A DNA stretch of 64,000 bases, from positions 1 through 64,000 of IMG/VR virus record IMGVR_UViG_3300024999_000081; one strand, written 5' to 3'. Each line of letters opens with the position of its first letter. The stretch's first letter is position 1. The notes below the pieces were generated by a model. The model was not told where the DNA came from. It saw only the letters and a list, made by a program, of their open reading frames with translations, and searched no databases. The translations under genes were made by a program, and so were the position numbers. Source of the stretch: a virus. Shown piece after piece: positions 29,992 to 40,583 of this stretch.

Positions 29992-30570
29992 ATGATTAAT
30001 TTACAAAAAGGGCAAAAAATTGATTTGACAAAGGGGAACCCAAGTTTAAAAAAGGTTGTTGTAGCTTTAGGTTGGAGTCCTCAAACAAAAGTTGGAGAAC
30101 AATTTGATTTAGATGCTTCTGTATTCATGGGAAATTCTAATGGTAAATGCATGAAAGATGAAGATTTTATTTTCTACAATAATCTTAAACATTCTTCTGA
30201 GGCAGTTATTCATTCTGGGGATGATCATACAGGAGATGGAGAAGGTGATGATGAAGTCATTACTGTTGATTTTTCTAAAATGCCAATCAATATTGAAGAA
30301 TTAGATTTTATTGTAACAATTCATGATGCACATAATCGAAGAAACCAAAATTTTGGTCAAGTAAACGATGCTTATGTTAGGGTTTTAGATCCTGAACAAA
30401 ATAATATTCAATTATTAAAATTTGATTTAGGTGAAGATTTTTCCGTTGAAACAGCAGTATCAGTTTGTAAAATTTATCGTAAAGATGGAGAATGGAAGTT
30501 CTCTGCCGAAGGTGTTGGGTATGCTCATGGGTTAGATGGATTTGTTAGAGATCATGGATTAATGGCATAG
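29992..30570 (+). CDS. terD: TerD-family stress/tellurium resistance protein
   Basis: INLQKGQKIDLTK, FDLDAS, FIFYNN, GDGEGDDE, QNFGQV, YRKDGEWKF. Confidence 0.95.
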   Translation: MINLQKGQKIDLTKGNPSLKKVVVALGWSPQTKVGEQFDLDASVFMGNSNGKCMKDEDFIFYNNLKHSSEAVIHSGDDHTGDGEGDDEVITVDFSKMPINIEELDFIVTIHDAHNRRNQNFGQVNDAYVRVLDPEQNNIQLLKFDLGEDFSVETAVSVCKIYRKDGEWKFSAEGVGYAHGLDGFVRDHGLMA

Positions 30571-30592
30571 AGAAAGGAAGTAATAAATAATA

Positions 30593-31339
30593 ATGAATGA
30601 ATTTATAAACAATATTCTTATCAATCTACATCACTTCAATCTTGCGGAACTAAAAATGGTATTTCAAAGTCCTCAAGATATACTCCTGATACTTTCTCTA
30701 GTTGTTATGGAAGTTATCTTATCTGTTGATAATGCTCTTGTGTTGGCGATTATGGTGAAAAATCTTCCAAAGAAGCAACAAAAATTGGCGTTAACGTTGG
30801 GTATTGCTGGTGCTTATACATTTAGATTGATAGCAATTGTTCTTGGGGTATATTTAGTTAAGATTGCTTGGATTAAGTTGGTTGCTTCATTGTATCTTGC
30901 TTACATAGTGTTTAATTTCTTCAAAAATAAAGATGAAAATCACGATGAAGTCAATGATGCTTTGCAAAAAGGGTTGCTTGCAACAATCGTATCAGTAGAA
31001 CTAGCCGATATTGCTTTTAGTATTGATTCAGTAGTTGCAGCATTCGGAGTATCAGATATACCTTGGGTAATTCTAATTGGTGGAATGGTTGGTATTTTAT
31101 GCATGAGGGAAGTTGCTCAAGTATTTGTGAAATTAATCGAGCGTGTTCCAGAGTTAAATTATACTGCTCATATTTTAATTGGGATTGTTTCACTAAAAAT
31201 GTTTGTTGGTGTATTTGGTATCGAAGCCCCTGATTGGTTATTTTTAAGCACGCTATTTACTACTTTTATTGGTACATTCGTAGTTCATAGATTTAGAAAG
31301 TCATCGAATGGGAGTGGGACTAATGAAAAATACGTTTAA
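30593..31339 (+). CDS. terC: TerC-family membrane protein
   Basis: EVILSVDNALV, GIAGAYTFR, ELADIAFSIDSV. Confidence 0.95.
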   Translation: MNEFINNILINLHHFNLAELKMVFQSPQDILLILSLVVMEVILSVDNALVLAIMVKNLPKKQQKLALTLGIAGAYTFRLIAIVLGVYLVKIAWIKLVASLYLAYIVFNFFKNKDENHDEVNDALQKGLLATIVSVELADIAFSIDSVVAAFGVSDIPWVILIGGMVGILCMREVAQVFVKLIERVPELNYTAHILIGIVSLKMFVGVFGIEAPDWLFLSTLFTTFIGTFVVHRFRKSSNGSGTNEKYV

Positions 31340-31538
31340 TGCATTAAAGAAAATATTTCTAATCATGCTAGGTGTGATGTTAACATTTTTAGCAATAAAA
31401 TTAGCATTTTTCTTAGTGCCAATATTTATTAAAGCAACAATTGCGTTAGTAGTTATTCTTTGTATAGGTGGAGTTTTAGGTGTAGGTTATTTGATAAATA
31501 GATTAAGAATGGTTATGTTTAGGCGAGAGAGGGATTAA
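31323..31538 (+). CDS. Small two-TM protein
   Basis: Hydrophobic; overlaps the end of terC. Confidence 0.65.
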   Translation: MKNTFNALKKIFLIMLGVMLTFLAIKLAFFLVPIFIKATIALVVILCIGGVLGVGYLINRLRMVMFRRERD

Positions 31539-31601
31539 CTTTCCTCTCCAATCCCAACAAAATATCCGTTTGGTAGGAAATAAGAAAGGAAGAAAAATGT
31601 A

Positions 31602-31817
31602 GTGAACGAAAAAGAAATGATTGAGAAAATTAAAGAACTTGTTAATAGAAGATATAATGCTGTTAAATGTGGTTGGACAGAACAAAGATCAGAAGGAAAT
31701 TCTACAGATGTATTTCAAGATGGATATGATTGTGGAGAGTCTTCTGTTTTATATGAAATTGGAATTGTCCTTGACATGAAGTTGAAAGATCCAGAGGAAC
31801 AAGAGTATGATTATTAA
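31602..31817 (+). CDS. Hypothetical protein
   Basis: GTG start; RBS AAGGA. Confidence 0.65.
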   Translation: MNEKEMIEKIKELVNRRYNAVKCGWTEQRSEGNSTDVFQDGYDCGESSVLYEIGIVLDMKLKDPEEQEYDY

Positions 31818-32100
31818 TAACTCGATTATTGAATTTGCTAATGGAAGTAAAATTACTCCTCTAGAATCAACCACAAATAGTAGAGGATATAGAAAGGGTG
31901 TGTATTTTATGAGAGAGTCAATATCATTAGAGGATGGGAAATATGAGGTTATCTTTGATCAAAACGATAGAGTAAGTGAATTTTACGCTCTAAGATATGG
32001 TGAAGAGTGGAGAAGTCTTACAGGAGATAATATGGTTTTGTGTATGTTTCAGAGAATTAAAGAATTAGAAAATAAATTATTAGTTCATGGGATATCTTAA
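31807..32100 (+). CDS. Hypothetical protein with terminase-like N-terminal peptide; alternative start 31909
   Basis: IIEFANGSKI...NSRGYR; internal RBS AAGGGTG before MRESISL. Confidence 0.55.
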   Translation: MIINNSIIEFANGSKITPLESTTNSRGYRKGVYFMRESISLEDGKYEVIFDQNDRVSEFYALRYGEEWRSLTGDNMVLCMFQRIKELENKLLVHGIS

Positions 32101-32158
32101 AATGTTAGTTTGATAGAAGTATTTAAAATTAATTTAAAATAAAAGGGGATAAATACAA

Positions 32159-32422
32159 ATGAATAATATTAATGATACAGTAAAGATATTGCTAAATATC
32201 AACAATAATGATAAAGATGAAATAATTAATTACCATTCAAAATCAATAAAGCAATCAATATTAAATACATGCAATTTATCTGTTTTTCCTAATGAATTAG
32301 AATATATAGTAATTGAAATAGTTAAAGAAAAATTATCCTCTAAAAACCCAAAGAGTACATTTGAATATTTAAAAGAATATAAAAATGAATTAGATAATTT
32401 TAATTATGTTCAAATAATTTAA
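32159..32422 (+). CDS. Orphan gp6-like head-tail connector homolog
   Basis: VKILLNI...KDEII......I...ILNTCN...P.ELEYIVIEIV. Confidence 0.55.
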   Translation: MNNINDTVKILLNINNNDKDEIINYHSKSIKQSILNTCNLSVFPNELEYIVIEIVKEKLSSKNPKSTFEYLKEYKNELDNFNYVQII

Positions 32423-32709
32423 ATTATAATATAAATAGATGGCAAACACAAGAGTAACATTGATGCTCAATGAAGATAGGGTTAGATATTAGGATTTAGA
32501 AAATAATTTAAGAATAGAAAGGAGCAATATTAATGTTAATTCATTGTAGAAACTCGCTTTGCAAATATTATTGGGAAGACTCATGTACTATTATTTTAGA
32601 GAATAAACTTGTAGGACTTGATGAGAACGGTAAATGCGAAGAGCAAAGAGAAGGAATTAGCGATTGGTATAAAGAAGGATAATTTTATTAAATATAAAAA
32701 TAAAATTAT

Positions 32710-32738
32710 TTGACATTGGTATGATAATGGAGTATAAT
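32710..32738 (+). promoter_or_regulatory. Consensus SigA promoter
   Basis: TTGACA-17-TATAAT. Confidence 0.8.
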
Positions 32739-32776
32739 TATTATGAGTCCAGAAATTAGAGAAAGGAGAGTAAATT

Positions 32777-33187
32777 ATGAGAATATCAAATTTAACAAAC
32801 ATCTTCAAATCTATGCAAACCAAATTCCCAGTGGAAGAATGCATAGAAAAAGACAAGAAAGAAGAAGCAATGTATAATTCAAAAAATAAATATATCTGCA
32901 TGATTATAGACAAAAGATTTAAAGATAATATAGAATTAAAAATTATGACTCCTTACATATGGGTAGGAAACGAATCAAGATATTCAGGACATGAAGATTT
33001 TAAAGATTTTGTTGGTTATGGATGGATTGATGAAAATGGTCATTATATTGATAACTTTGAAAATCCAATACATGTTGTTGATAATGAAATTGTAATAGGA
33101 TTTGTGCCATATGAAGATAAAAATAGCGACGATCTAAAATTATGGGAAATATATGAGTTATTTTTAGAATATGTTGATTTACTTTAG
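32777..33187 (+). CDS. Hypothetical protein
   Basis: RBS AAGGAG. Confidence 0.7.
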   Translation: MRISNLTNIFKSMQTKFPVEECIEKDKKEEAMYNSKNKYICMIIDKRFKDNIELKIMTPYIWVGNESRYSGHEDFKDFVGYGWIDENGHYIDNFENPIHVVDNEIVIGFVPYEDKNSDDLKLWEIYELFLEYVDLL

Positions 33188-33400
33188 AACATTTGACTTA
33201 TTAAAGGAGGTGATTATATAAAATGCGAAAAGTAAGATTCCTTAAAGATTATAAATCATTCAAGAAAGACACATATAGAGTTATTATGGAAGAAACTGCG
33301 TTGCATTGTCGTATCCAAGTTAATTTAGATAGTGATGAGTTATATTGGTTACATAAAGCAGATTGTGGTGTTTTGTTTCAAGTGGTAGAGAGGAGTTAAA

Positions 33401-33628
33401 ATGCTTAATGTTTTAGAACTCAAACGATTATTATCTGACATCCCAGACAATGCAGTTATTTATATAGAAGCAGATCATGGACAACAATCAGAGCAAGCTG
33501 GAGATATATTAATATCAGATGATGAATTTGAAGATGGTGAAATACCTCATTATGGTGAAGATATTGGTTGGAAAGATATTTCTGAGTGCGATATAAGTTT
33601 AATTACTGCTGTATTGATTAGTTATTAA
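33401..33628 (+). CDS. Acidic hypothetical protein
   Basis: RBS GAGGAG. Confidence 0.65.
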   Translation: MLNVLELKRLLSDIPDNAVIYIEADHGQQSEQAGDILISDDEFEDGEIPHYGEDIGWKDISECDISLITAVLISY

Positions 33629-33662
33629 AGTCGAAAATAATTAAAAGAAAGTAGGAATAATA

Positions 33663-33935
33663 ATGAAAATGTTTAAAAAGAGTGTAGTAACCCCTTCCAT
33701 GATGATTGACAATGCAGTAGGTATTGTAGATAGTGCAGTAACCGCATTCAAAATTGCGGTTGCTAAAATAGATCAAGCCAATGAGATGTTAACTCAATCT
33801 AAAGAACAAAGCCAAGCAAAGATCGAAGCATTAGAACAAGAATTATTAAATCATAAACAAGTTAAAGAGGATGCTGAAGCAAAAATTAATTCACATTTAG
33901 AGTTAAGGGATAAATTAAGTCAATTTGTGATGTAA
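33663..33935 (+). CDS. Coiled-coil phage protein
   Basis: Heptad-rich; RBS AGGA. Confidence 0.7.
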   Translation: MKMFKKSVVTPSMMIDNAVGIVDSAVTAFKIAVAKIDQANEMLTQSKEQSQAKIEALEQELLNHKQVKEDAEAKINSHLELRDKLSQFVM

Positions 33936-34154
33936 AAATAACTACCTCAAGAAATTTTGATTTTATGGGGTTATTCCCAAAATGACAAAATATACAGGTT
34001 TTAAGTAAAAATCACTAAAATAGCCCTGTAACCGTTGCTACATAAGGGTTTATGGTCATTAAATAGGCATAAATAATTATGTTATATATGGCATCCTTTG
34101 AAAGTGGAATTTTATCTGGTTTATGTTTTTGTTAGAAGTAATAAATAATATTTG

Positions 34155-34183
34155 TTGACATGGTTTTGGTTGTATGGTATAAT
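34155..34183 (+). promoter_or_regulatory. Consensus SigA promoter of the replication operon
   Basis: TTGACA-17-TATAAT with TG extension, preceded by AATAAATAATATTT. Confidence 0.85.
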
Positions 34184-34354
34184 TATTAAGTAGGTTAAAA
34201 ATAAATAATATTTTAGAGAAAGGACTGATTGGTTGAAGAATAAAGGTAATTGTTGGAAACCTGTCAAGAGAAGCAAACCGCCTCCTTCTTTCAATATATT
34301 TTAATAGATCATGTGAATAATAAAATAAAAATATTGAAAGAAGGAATACATATA

Positions 34355-35602
34355 ATGGCAAAAGTTAAAGATGAACAATTAGGTCTAAAAAAAGGTAAAG
34401 CACAATTCCTACTCATCGGTGAAGCAAAAGTAAATGATTATACTTTCACAATGGATAAAGATACTACAAAATCAGATTGGGTTTGGAATCAAATGAATCT
34501 TGGTGTAGATTGTGGAAATGGAAATGTTATCTATTCAGATATGATGGGTGGTTACGGATCAGAAAGAGATAATGTAGTATATGTTCATGGTATAAAAGAA
34601 GTAGATGGTAAAAAACAAGAAGACTTTGATAATAAATTTACCATTGATTGGGACGATAGATTTGACGAAACAATTCTTGAATCTGTGGCAGACTCTTGTT
34701 TCATCAAAGTTGGTTTAGAAAAAGATACAAAAGATAAGACGTTCAAAAATAAATTTTTATCTGCCTATGATGCAATTCAATACATACAACAACATCTTGA
34801 AAATGGAATGGTAGTAAATGTTAAAGGAAAATTAAAATATCAAGCTTATAATGATAGTGTATCTATTAAGAAAGAAGTAAATTCTGTATTCTTATCAAAA
34901 GCAAAACCAGAAGAATATAAAGCAGTATTTACACAAACATTGCTTTGTGACGCAAATGCAGTTGGTAAATTAGATAGAGAAAAGGCATCATTTCCAATTA
35001 CAGGATATGTAGTTGATTATGTCGGTAAATACGATGGTAAAGAAATTAAGAAAACAGTTGCATTTACAAAGACATTTGAACTAGAAGTTGATAAGGCAAA
35101 ACCAGAAAATACAAAGAAACTTATTGCTAAATGTTTTGCTCCTGCTAAAAAAGGCACTCTTGTTGAAGTAACAGTAGAAGGAGAAATGCTTGAAGGGGCA
35201 AGTGTAGTAAGCATTACACTAGATGATCTTCCAGAGGATATTCGAGAACTTATTGAACTTAATGTTATCACAGAGGAAGAGGCTCTTAGTAAATGTGCAA
35301 TTGGTGGTAATAAAGAAAAAAGAATGCTTATTAAAAGACCTTTAATTACATTTGAAGGTGAAGGAGAAACAAAAGTTCCAATTTTGGCAATCAATAAAGA
35401 TAAATATAAAGAAAGTGATTTAGTTTTCCTTTCTCAATTTATTGAAGTTGAAGAAGAGAAGGAGGAAGAAACAGAAGATTTAGAAGAAAGTGTTACTGAG
35501 TTTGAAAAAGCATTAGATAAGAAAAAAGAAGATGATGATACTGAGGATGACGAAGAAATAGCAGTTGATGATGAAGCATGGATGAAATTGTTAGATGTAT
35601 AA
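34355..35602 (+). CDS. Phage ssDNA-binding protein (SPbeta YorF-like)
   Basis: Start MAKVKDE with RBS GAAGGA; OB-like VNVKGKLKY; long acidic tail; first gene of the replication operon. Confidence 0.65.
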   Translation: MAKVKDEQLGLKKGKAQFLLIGEAKVNDYTFTMDKDTTKSDWVWNQMNLGVDCGNGNVIYSDMMGGYGSERDNVVYVHGIKEVDGKKQEDFDNKFTIDWDDRFDETILESVADSCFIKVGLEKDTKDKTFKNKFLSAYDAIQYIQQHLENGMVVNVKGKLKYQAYNDSVSIKKEVNSVFLSKAKPEEYKAVFTQTLLCDANAVGKLDREKASFPITGYVVDYVGKYDGKEIKKTVAFTKTFELEVDKAKPENTKKLIAKCFAPAKKGTLVEVTVEGEMLEGASVVSITLDDLPEDIRELIELNVITEEEALSKCAIGGNKEKRMLIKRPLITFEGEGETKVPILAINKDKYKESDLVFLSQFIEVEEEKEEETEDLEESVTEFEKALDKKKEDDDTEDDEEIAVDDEAWMKLLDV

Positions 35603-35637
35603 TTAATAATTGTATATTAATATTTTCACAGGATAAA

Positions 35638-35660
35638 TCAGGAGGTTAAATTCCTCCTGA
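35638..35660 (+). terminator. Hairpin between SSB and ATPase genes
   Basis: TCAGGAGG-ttaaatt-CCTCCTGA. Confidence 0.55.
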
Positions 35661-35713
35661 TAATCACAATAATCATTTAAATAATAAAATAAATAATAAA
35701 GGGGATTAAATAA

Positions 35714-36694
35714 ATGGGATTTCAGAAAAAAGAAGAAGTATTAGCGTATGTAGGTGGTAAAGTATTAGCATTTGGGGCAACTGGGTCAGGAAAATCAACG
35801 TTTGCAGGTACATTTCCTAATATTAATTTAGTAGATAGTGAAGATGGTAATACATATTATCTTGAAAGTAATCCTAATATTATTGGAGTTATGCGTACAA
35901 CATCTGCATCTGAGGTTCAAGAAACATTAGATGAATTAAATGATGAGGAAGCATTAAAAGATTTTGATACTATTGCAATTGATAGTGGAACAAAATTATA
36001 TGAAAATATGCAAGCAGCGGCGTATGAAGTTGTTGAAAAAAGATCAAGAAAACAAATGAGAAAAGGTAAAGAAGTAGATATGGGAGACCTGGGTTTGGCT
36101 ACAAGAGATTGGGGTCATATTAAAAGATGGAATCAAGCTCTAAAAACAGCATATATTATATTTTCATCCCTCGGCAAGTGGGTAGTTGAAATTGCTCATC
36201 AAAAAGATATTTTCGATGATCCATCTTCTCTTAATAAAAAGAAAATTGGAGAAGCACCGGATTTAGCTAAGAAGGCAGAACATGATTTTGATATTGTACT
36301 TCAAATGTTTACTAAAGAAGATAAAGATGGTAATGTAACTTACTTTGGTAAAATTTATAAAGATAGAACTGGAGTAACCAAAAAAGGAGAGATCATTGAA
36401 AATCCTTCTTTTGAAATTTGGAGAGCAAAATGGGAAAGCACAAAGAAATTTGGAGTTAAAAAAGCATTAGACTTATCAGTAGGGGTAAGTAAAGACACTG
36501 AATTTATGGAAGCAGAAGATGAACAAGCAGAAGATGTTGCTAACCAAATTAAAGCATTACTAAAAACTAGTTCTGAAGAAAATCAAAAGAAGATTGGAAA
36601 GAAAATTAGAGACTTAGAAATCAATATCAAAGATTTAGTTAATAATGATATTGAAAAATTGAATCAAGTGTTAGAATTCGCCGAAATGCTGTAA
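35714..36694 (+). CDS. AAA_24/Sak4-like ATPase (YorG-like)
   Basis: GATGSGKST, DSEDG, TIAIDS, AHQK, KDRTG. Confidence 0.85.
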   Translation: MGFQKKEEVLAYVGGKVLAFGATGSGKSTFAGTFPNINLVDSEDGNTYYLESNPNIIGVMRTTSASEVQETLDELNDEEALKDFDTIAIDSGTKLYENMQAAAYEVVEKRSRKQMRKGKEVDMGDLGLATRDWGHIKRWNQALKTAYIIFSSLGKWVVEIAHQKDIFDDPSSLNKKKIGEAPDLAKKAEHDFDIVLQMFTKEDKDGNVTYFGKIYKDRTGVTKKGEIIENPSFEIWRAKWESTKKFGVKKALDLSVGVSKDTEFMEAEDEQAEDVANQIKALLKTSSEENQKKIGKKIRDLEINIKDLVNNDIEKLNQVLEFAEML

Positions 36695-36714
36695 AGATAC
36701 ACATATCTGATGAA

Positions 36715-36753
36715 TTAATAGGGATTATTGAACCAACCAATAATCCCTATTAA
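36715..36753 (+). terminator. Long hairpin
   Basis: TTAATAGGGATTATTG ... CAATAATCCCTATTAA. Confidence 0.6.
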
Positions 36754-36780
36754 TATCAAATTAATATTTGAGGTGATCAA

Positions 36781-37251
36781 ATGGAAGAGAAAATAACTAA
36801 AAAACAAGAGCAAGTCGAATGGTTAGAAATGTGTTCCTATATTTTTAAAGAAGTATTACAGTATGAAGAAGGTAAAAAATTTCCAAAATACTTAGCATTG
36901 AGGTTAAGGGGTTTACATGAAGGAAAGTTTATGGCAAATACAAAACAAAAACCACAAGCAAGTTATGATTATAAACTTATACTACTAACCTTTAAATTTT
37001 GTAAATATAGTATTCTTCAATATTTAGGCCCAAGCAGAGAGAAGATTAAAGATGAACGGCATTTAATAAATACCATAATGAGTTTTGTAGAAAATGAAAT
37101 AAATAATGTTGTATCAAGATTAAAAAATTCTAAGAAGGCAGAAGAAAAAACTATGAACATTGAATTAAATAATCAAGTACATGAAGGAGCTGAATATAAA
37201 CCAAAATCAAAAGATAAAAAGATTGATAAGGAATTGGAGGAATTATGGTAA
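36781..37251 (+). CDS. Replication-module protein (YorH-like)
   Basis: LRLRGLHEGKF; position immediately before the helicase. Confidence 0.65.
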   Translation: MEEKITKKQEQVEWLEMCSYIFKEVLQYEEGKKFPKYLALRLRGLHEGKFMANTKQKPQASYDYKLILLTFKFCKYSILQYLGPSREKIKDERHLINTIMSFVENEINNVVSRLKNSKKAEEKTMNIELNNQVHEGAEYKPKSKDKKIDKELEELW

Positions 37252-38781
37252 ATGGTTGTTGCTACAAAAACAAAGACAAAAACTACTGTTGCTAAAAAAG
37301 AAATAAGTCCTTATGAACAATTACTTATTGATGCTGTAAAAAAAGTAAAAGAGTTTAAATTATCAGCAGAAGCCAATATAACGTCTATATTTTTTAAGAA
37401 TCCAGAACTAATTTATTCTTATGATAATTTAACATTGCAAGATTTCTCCAATAATGAATGGAAAGTATTATTTACAATTGCTCACGATATTATCAAAAAA
37501 GAAAAGAAACAATCTTTAGATGAAATCACAGTTGGTTTATATCTTGAGAAACATGCTAAATTAAAGGTTAAATATGAGGACTATGGTGGATATGATACTA
37601 TTGAAAAAGCTAAAGAATATATAAAAGAAGAAAATATTAATGGATACGTAGATGAATTACATAAATGGAATGCAGTTTTAGGATTATTAAAAGCTAAATT
37701 TCCTGTATATGATCAACTTAGTAAATTTGCAGATATGAACGTAGAAGAGATATATGCTTATTATGAAACACACCTTAATCATATATTTATTAATGCGGAA
37801 GGAGATGTTACAAGTTACAATATAGCAGATGATATTGATAGTCTAATTGAAGAACTAAATGAAGGATTAGCTGTTGGATTACCTTATTATAATTTACCAA
37901 TGTTAACAAAAGAAACAGGAGGTATGTTATGTGGGAACATTACTCTAATAGGGGGATTATCAAATGTAGGTAAAACAACTTTTGCTAGAAATGCGATTCT
38001 TCAAAGTATCATTGATACTAATGAAAAGATAGTAATTATGTTAAACGAAGATGGTCTAAAGAAGTGGCAGCGCGAAATAATTGTGTATATTGCCAATAAT
38101 ATATTCAAATACGAATTGCAAAAATATATTGTTAGAGATGGCAAATATTCAGAAGAAGTAAAAGAAATATTATATAAAAGTGCTAATTGGTTAAAACAAC
38201 AAAAAGATGCAAAGTTAATTACTATTATACCTTTTAAAAGATGGTCTTCTGCGAATGCAATTAAAATAATGAAAAAATTCTCAAGCTTGAATGTTTATCA
38301 TTACATGATTGATACCTTCAAAAATGATGCAGGTAACGTACAAGATAATGCATGGTTGAGTATGATGCAAAGTATGGTAGATTTATATGATATCGTAAAA
38401 CCAGATGTAAAAAATCTACATCTAACCGCAACTTTTCAATTAGAAAAAGGTAAAACGGCAAGGCAAAGATACTACTCTCAGGATAACGTTGGATTGGCTA
38501 AGAACATTATTGATCCTGTTTCTACATGTCTTATGATTAGGAATTTATTTGAAGATGAATATCCTGATGGAAAGAATGCTTTAAAAGTATATAGATTAGA
38601 AGGTAAAAGGGGGTTAACGAAGATACCTGTAATATTAAATAAAGATAAAAATTATCAACTAATATTCATAGTTAAAAACAGAGAGGGTTCGGCAAATACA
38701 TTTCAGATTGTTATTGAACATAATTTATCGCAAAATACATTAAAAGAAATTGGAATTACCTCCGTACCAGTTGATTTTTGA
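37252..38781 (+). CDS. DnaB-like replicative helicase (YorI-like)
   Basis: GGLSNVGKTT, NE, YMIDTFK, TFQL, KNREG. Confidence 0.9.
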   Translation: MVVATKTKTKTTVAKKEISPYEQLLIDAVKKVKEFKLSAEANITSIFFKNPELIYSYDNLTLQDFSNNEWKVLFTIAHDIIKKEKKQSLDEITVGLYLEKHAKLKVKYEDYGGYDTIEKAKEYIKEENINGYVDELHKWNAVLGLLKAKFPVYDQLSKFADMNVEEIYAYYETHLNHIFINAEGDVTSYNIADDIDSLIEELNEGLAVGLPYYNLPMLTKETGGMLCGNITLIGGLSNVGKTTFARNAILQSIIDTNEKIVIMLNEDGLKKWQREIIVYIANNIFKYELQKYIVRDGKYSEEVKEILYKSANWLKQQKDAKLITIIPFKRWSSANAIKIMKKFSSLNVYHYMIDTFKNDAGNVQDNAWLSMMQSMVDLYDIVKPDVKNLHLTATFQLEKGKTARQRYYSQDNVGLAKNIIDPVSTCLMIRNLFEDEYPDGKNALKVYRLEGKRGLTKIPVILNKDKNYQLIFIVKNREGSANTFQIVIEHNLSQNTLKEIGITSVPVDF

Positions 38782-38807
38782 TAATGGAAGTAGGTGAAAA
38801 TAATTGA

Positions 38808-39848
38808 ATGACCTCTATTGAATTAAAACAATACATATTAGATAATAATAAACTACAAGAAATACTAAAATCCCTAGATTGTCATGGTATTAAGGAATAC
38901 ACCAAAGAATTAAGATGTGGATTGCCCAATCATACATCTAATAATAATATTGCAATAAATAAAGAAACGTTATCTACTAAAATATTTCAATCTGATAGTG
39001 AAATAATAAGAGGTGATCTGCTAACTTTAGTTATGACAATAAAAAATATTTCATTTCCAGAAGCAAATAAATATTTACATAAGTTACTTGGCTTAGAGTA
39101 CAAATTTAAAATAAAAGAAGATAAATCTGATAAAAAAGATCCATTGAACGTATTCAAGAAAGTTAAAAGAAAAAGATGTGTTGTTAATCTAGATGACATT
39201 GAGTTGTATGATGAAGGAATTATTAAAGAGTACATTCCATTACCTCACATTGATTGGATAAGAACAGATGGTATTCTACCATTTACATGTGAATTATTTA
39301 AAGTTGGTTATAGTGCAGATAAGAGAAGAATTACACTTCCTTGGCGTATATGGTATGGGGAAGAAAATGATTTTGCGGGTGTGATAGGGCGTACAACCAT
39401 AAAGGAATATTCCATGTTGGATATCCCTAAATATTTTCCATTGAAGAAGTTTCCTAAATCAATGCATTTATATGGATTACAAGAAAATTACAAAACAATT
39501 CAAGAGGCAGGTTATGTTTTGGTTTACGAATCTGAAAAATCAACATTAAAAAGACACAGTAGAAAAGATGGTACTGGAGTATCTATTGGTTCTCATTGTC
39601 TAAGCGAAGAGCAAGTAAAAATATTGATTGGATTGAACGTATCTGTGATTATAGCTTATGACAAAGATGTATCTTTACAATATATTCGTTCTGAATGTGA
39701 AAAATTTAAATTTATTAGACCAATATATTTTATATATGATAAATATGATTTGCTTGAAGATAAAATGAGTCCGGCAGACGCAAGTAATACTATTTTTAAT
39801 TATTTATTAAAACATAAAATAAAATATGATAAATCTGAACATAAATAA
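38808..39848 (+). CDS. DNA primase (DnaG/TOPRIM, YorJ-like)
   Basis: RITLPW, GVIGRT, PKY, LYGL, VYESEKS, IAYDKD, SPAD. Confidence 0.88.
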   Translation: MTSIELKQYILDNNKLQEILKSLDCHGIKEYTKELRCGLPNHTSNNNIAINKETLSTKIFQSDSEIIRGDLLTLVMTIKNISFPEANKYLHKLLGLEYKFKIKEDKSDKKDPLNVFKKVKRKRCVVNLDDIELYDEGIIKEYIPLPHIDWIRTDGILPFTCELFKVGYSADKRRITLPWRIWYGEENDFAGVIGRTTIKEYSMLDIPKYFPLKKFPKSMHLYGLQENYKTIQEAGYVLVYESEKSTLKRHSRKDGTGVSIGSHCLSEEQVKILIGLNVSVIIAYDKDVSLQYIRSECEKFKFIRPIYFIYDKYDLLEDKMSPADASNTIFNYLLKHKIKYDKSEHK

Positions 39849-39873
39849 TATACGAAAGAAGATTGATATAACA

Positions 39874-40583
39874 ATGAATAAAAAATTAGATGTTGAGTTA
39901 AAAGTTAATAAAAGTAAAAAATATATAAATGATTCAATATGGGAAACTAATAATTTTGGTAAGATTAAAATAATTGGTAAAATTGATAAATCACATTATC
40001 TAGTAGAATTTATAGATGATGGAACACAGGTAATCACTCAAGGAGGTTCTATTTGTGGTAAGACAGTTAAAAATCCATATTATCCATTAATTTATAATAT
40101 TGCATGTCTAGGAAGGATATCTCAATATCATTTTTTACATAAAAGATGGGAAAGTATGATAATGAGAATTTATGATAAAAATTGCAAAGCATATAAAAAT
40201 TACGGAGGAAGAAATATAGATATTGATTCAGAATTATTATGTTTTGAAAATTATGTTGAATATATTTCATCATTAAATAATTATAATGATTTAGTAAATA
40301 ATAAGAGAAAATATGATATTGATAGAATAAATAATGATGAAGGATATAAAAAAGGAAATATAAGGATAGCTACTCATTCTATAAATCAAAGAAATACTAG
40401 AAGTAATAATATTATTAAAATGAGTAAAGATAATGTAATCATAGATGAAGATATTATTATAAGATTAGTAGAAAAATATCCTCAATATGATTTAAGACAA
40501 GGTGGAATTAGTTTTGTCGTTAATGGAAATCAAAAATCACATAGGGTTTTACTTTTGAAAAAGTAGAAAAGGAGATAAAATAA
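39874..40583 (+). CDS. HNH homing endonuclease; 3' end frameshifted (G missing near 40545)
   Basis: W.SM..R...YKNYGGR.I...DIDRINNDEGY..GN.R.AT...N.RN; NUMOD-like KSHRGFTF restored by adding one G. Confidence 0.85.
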
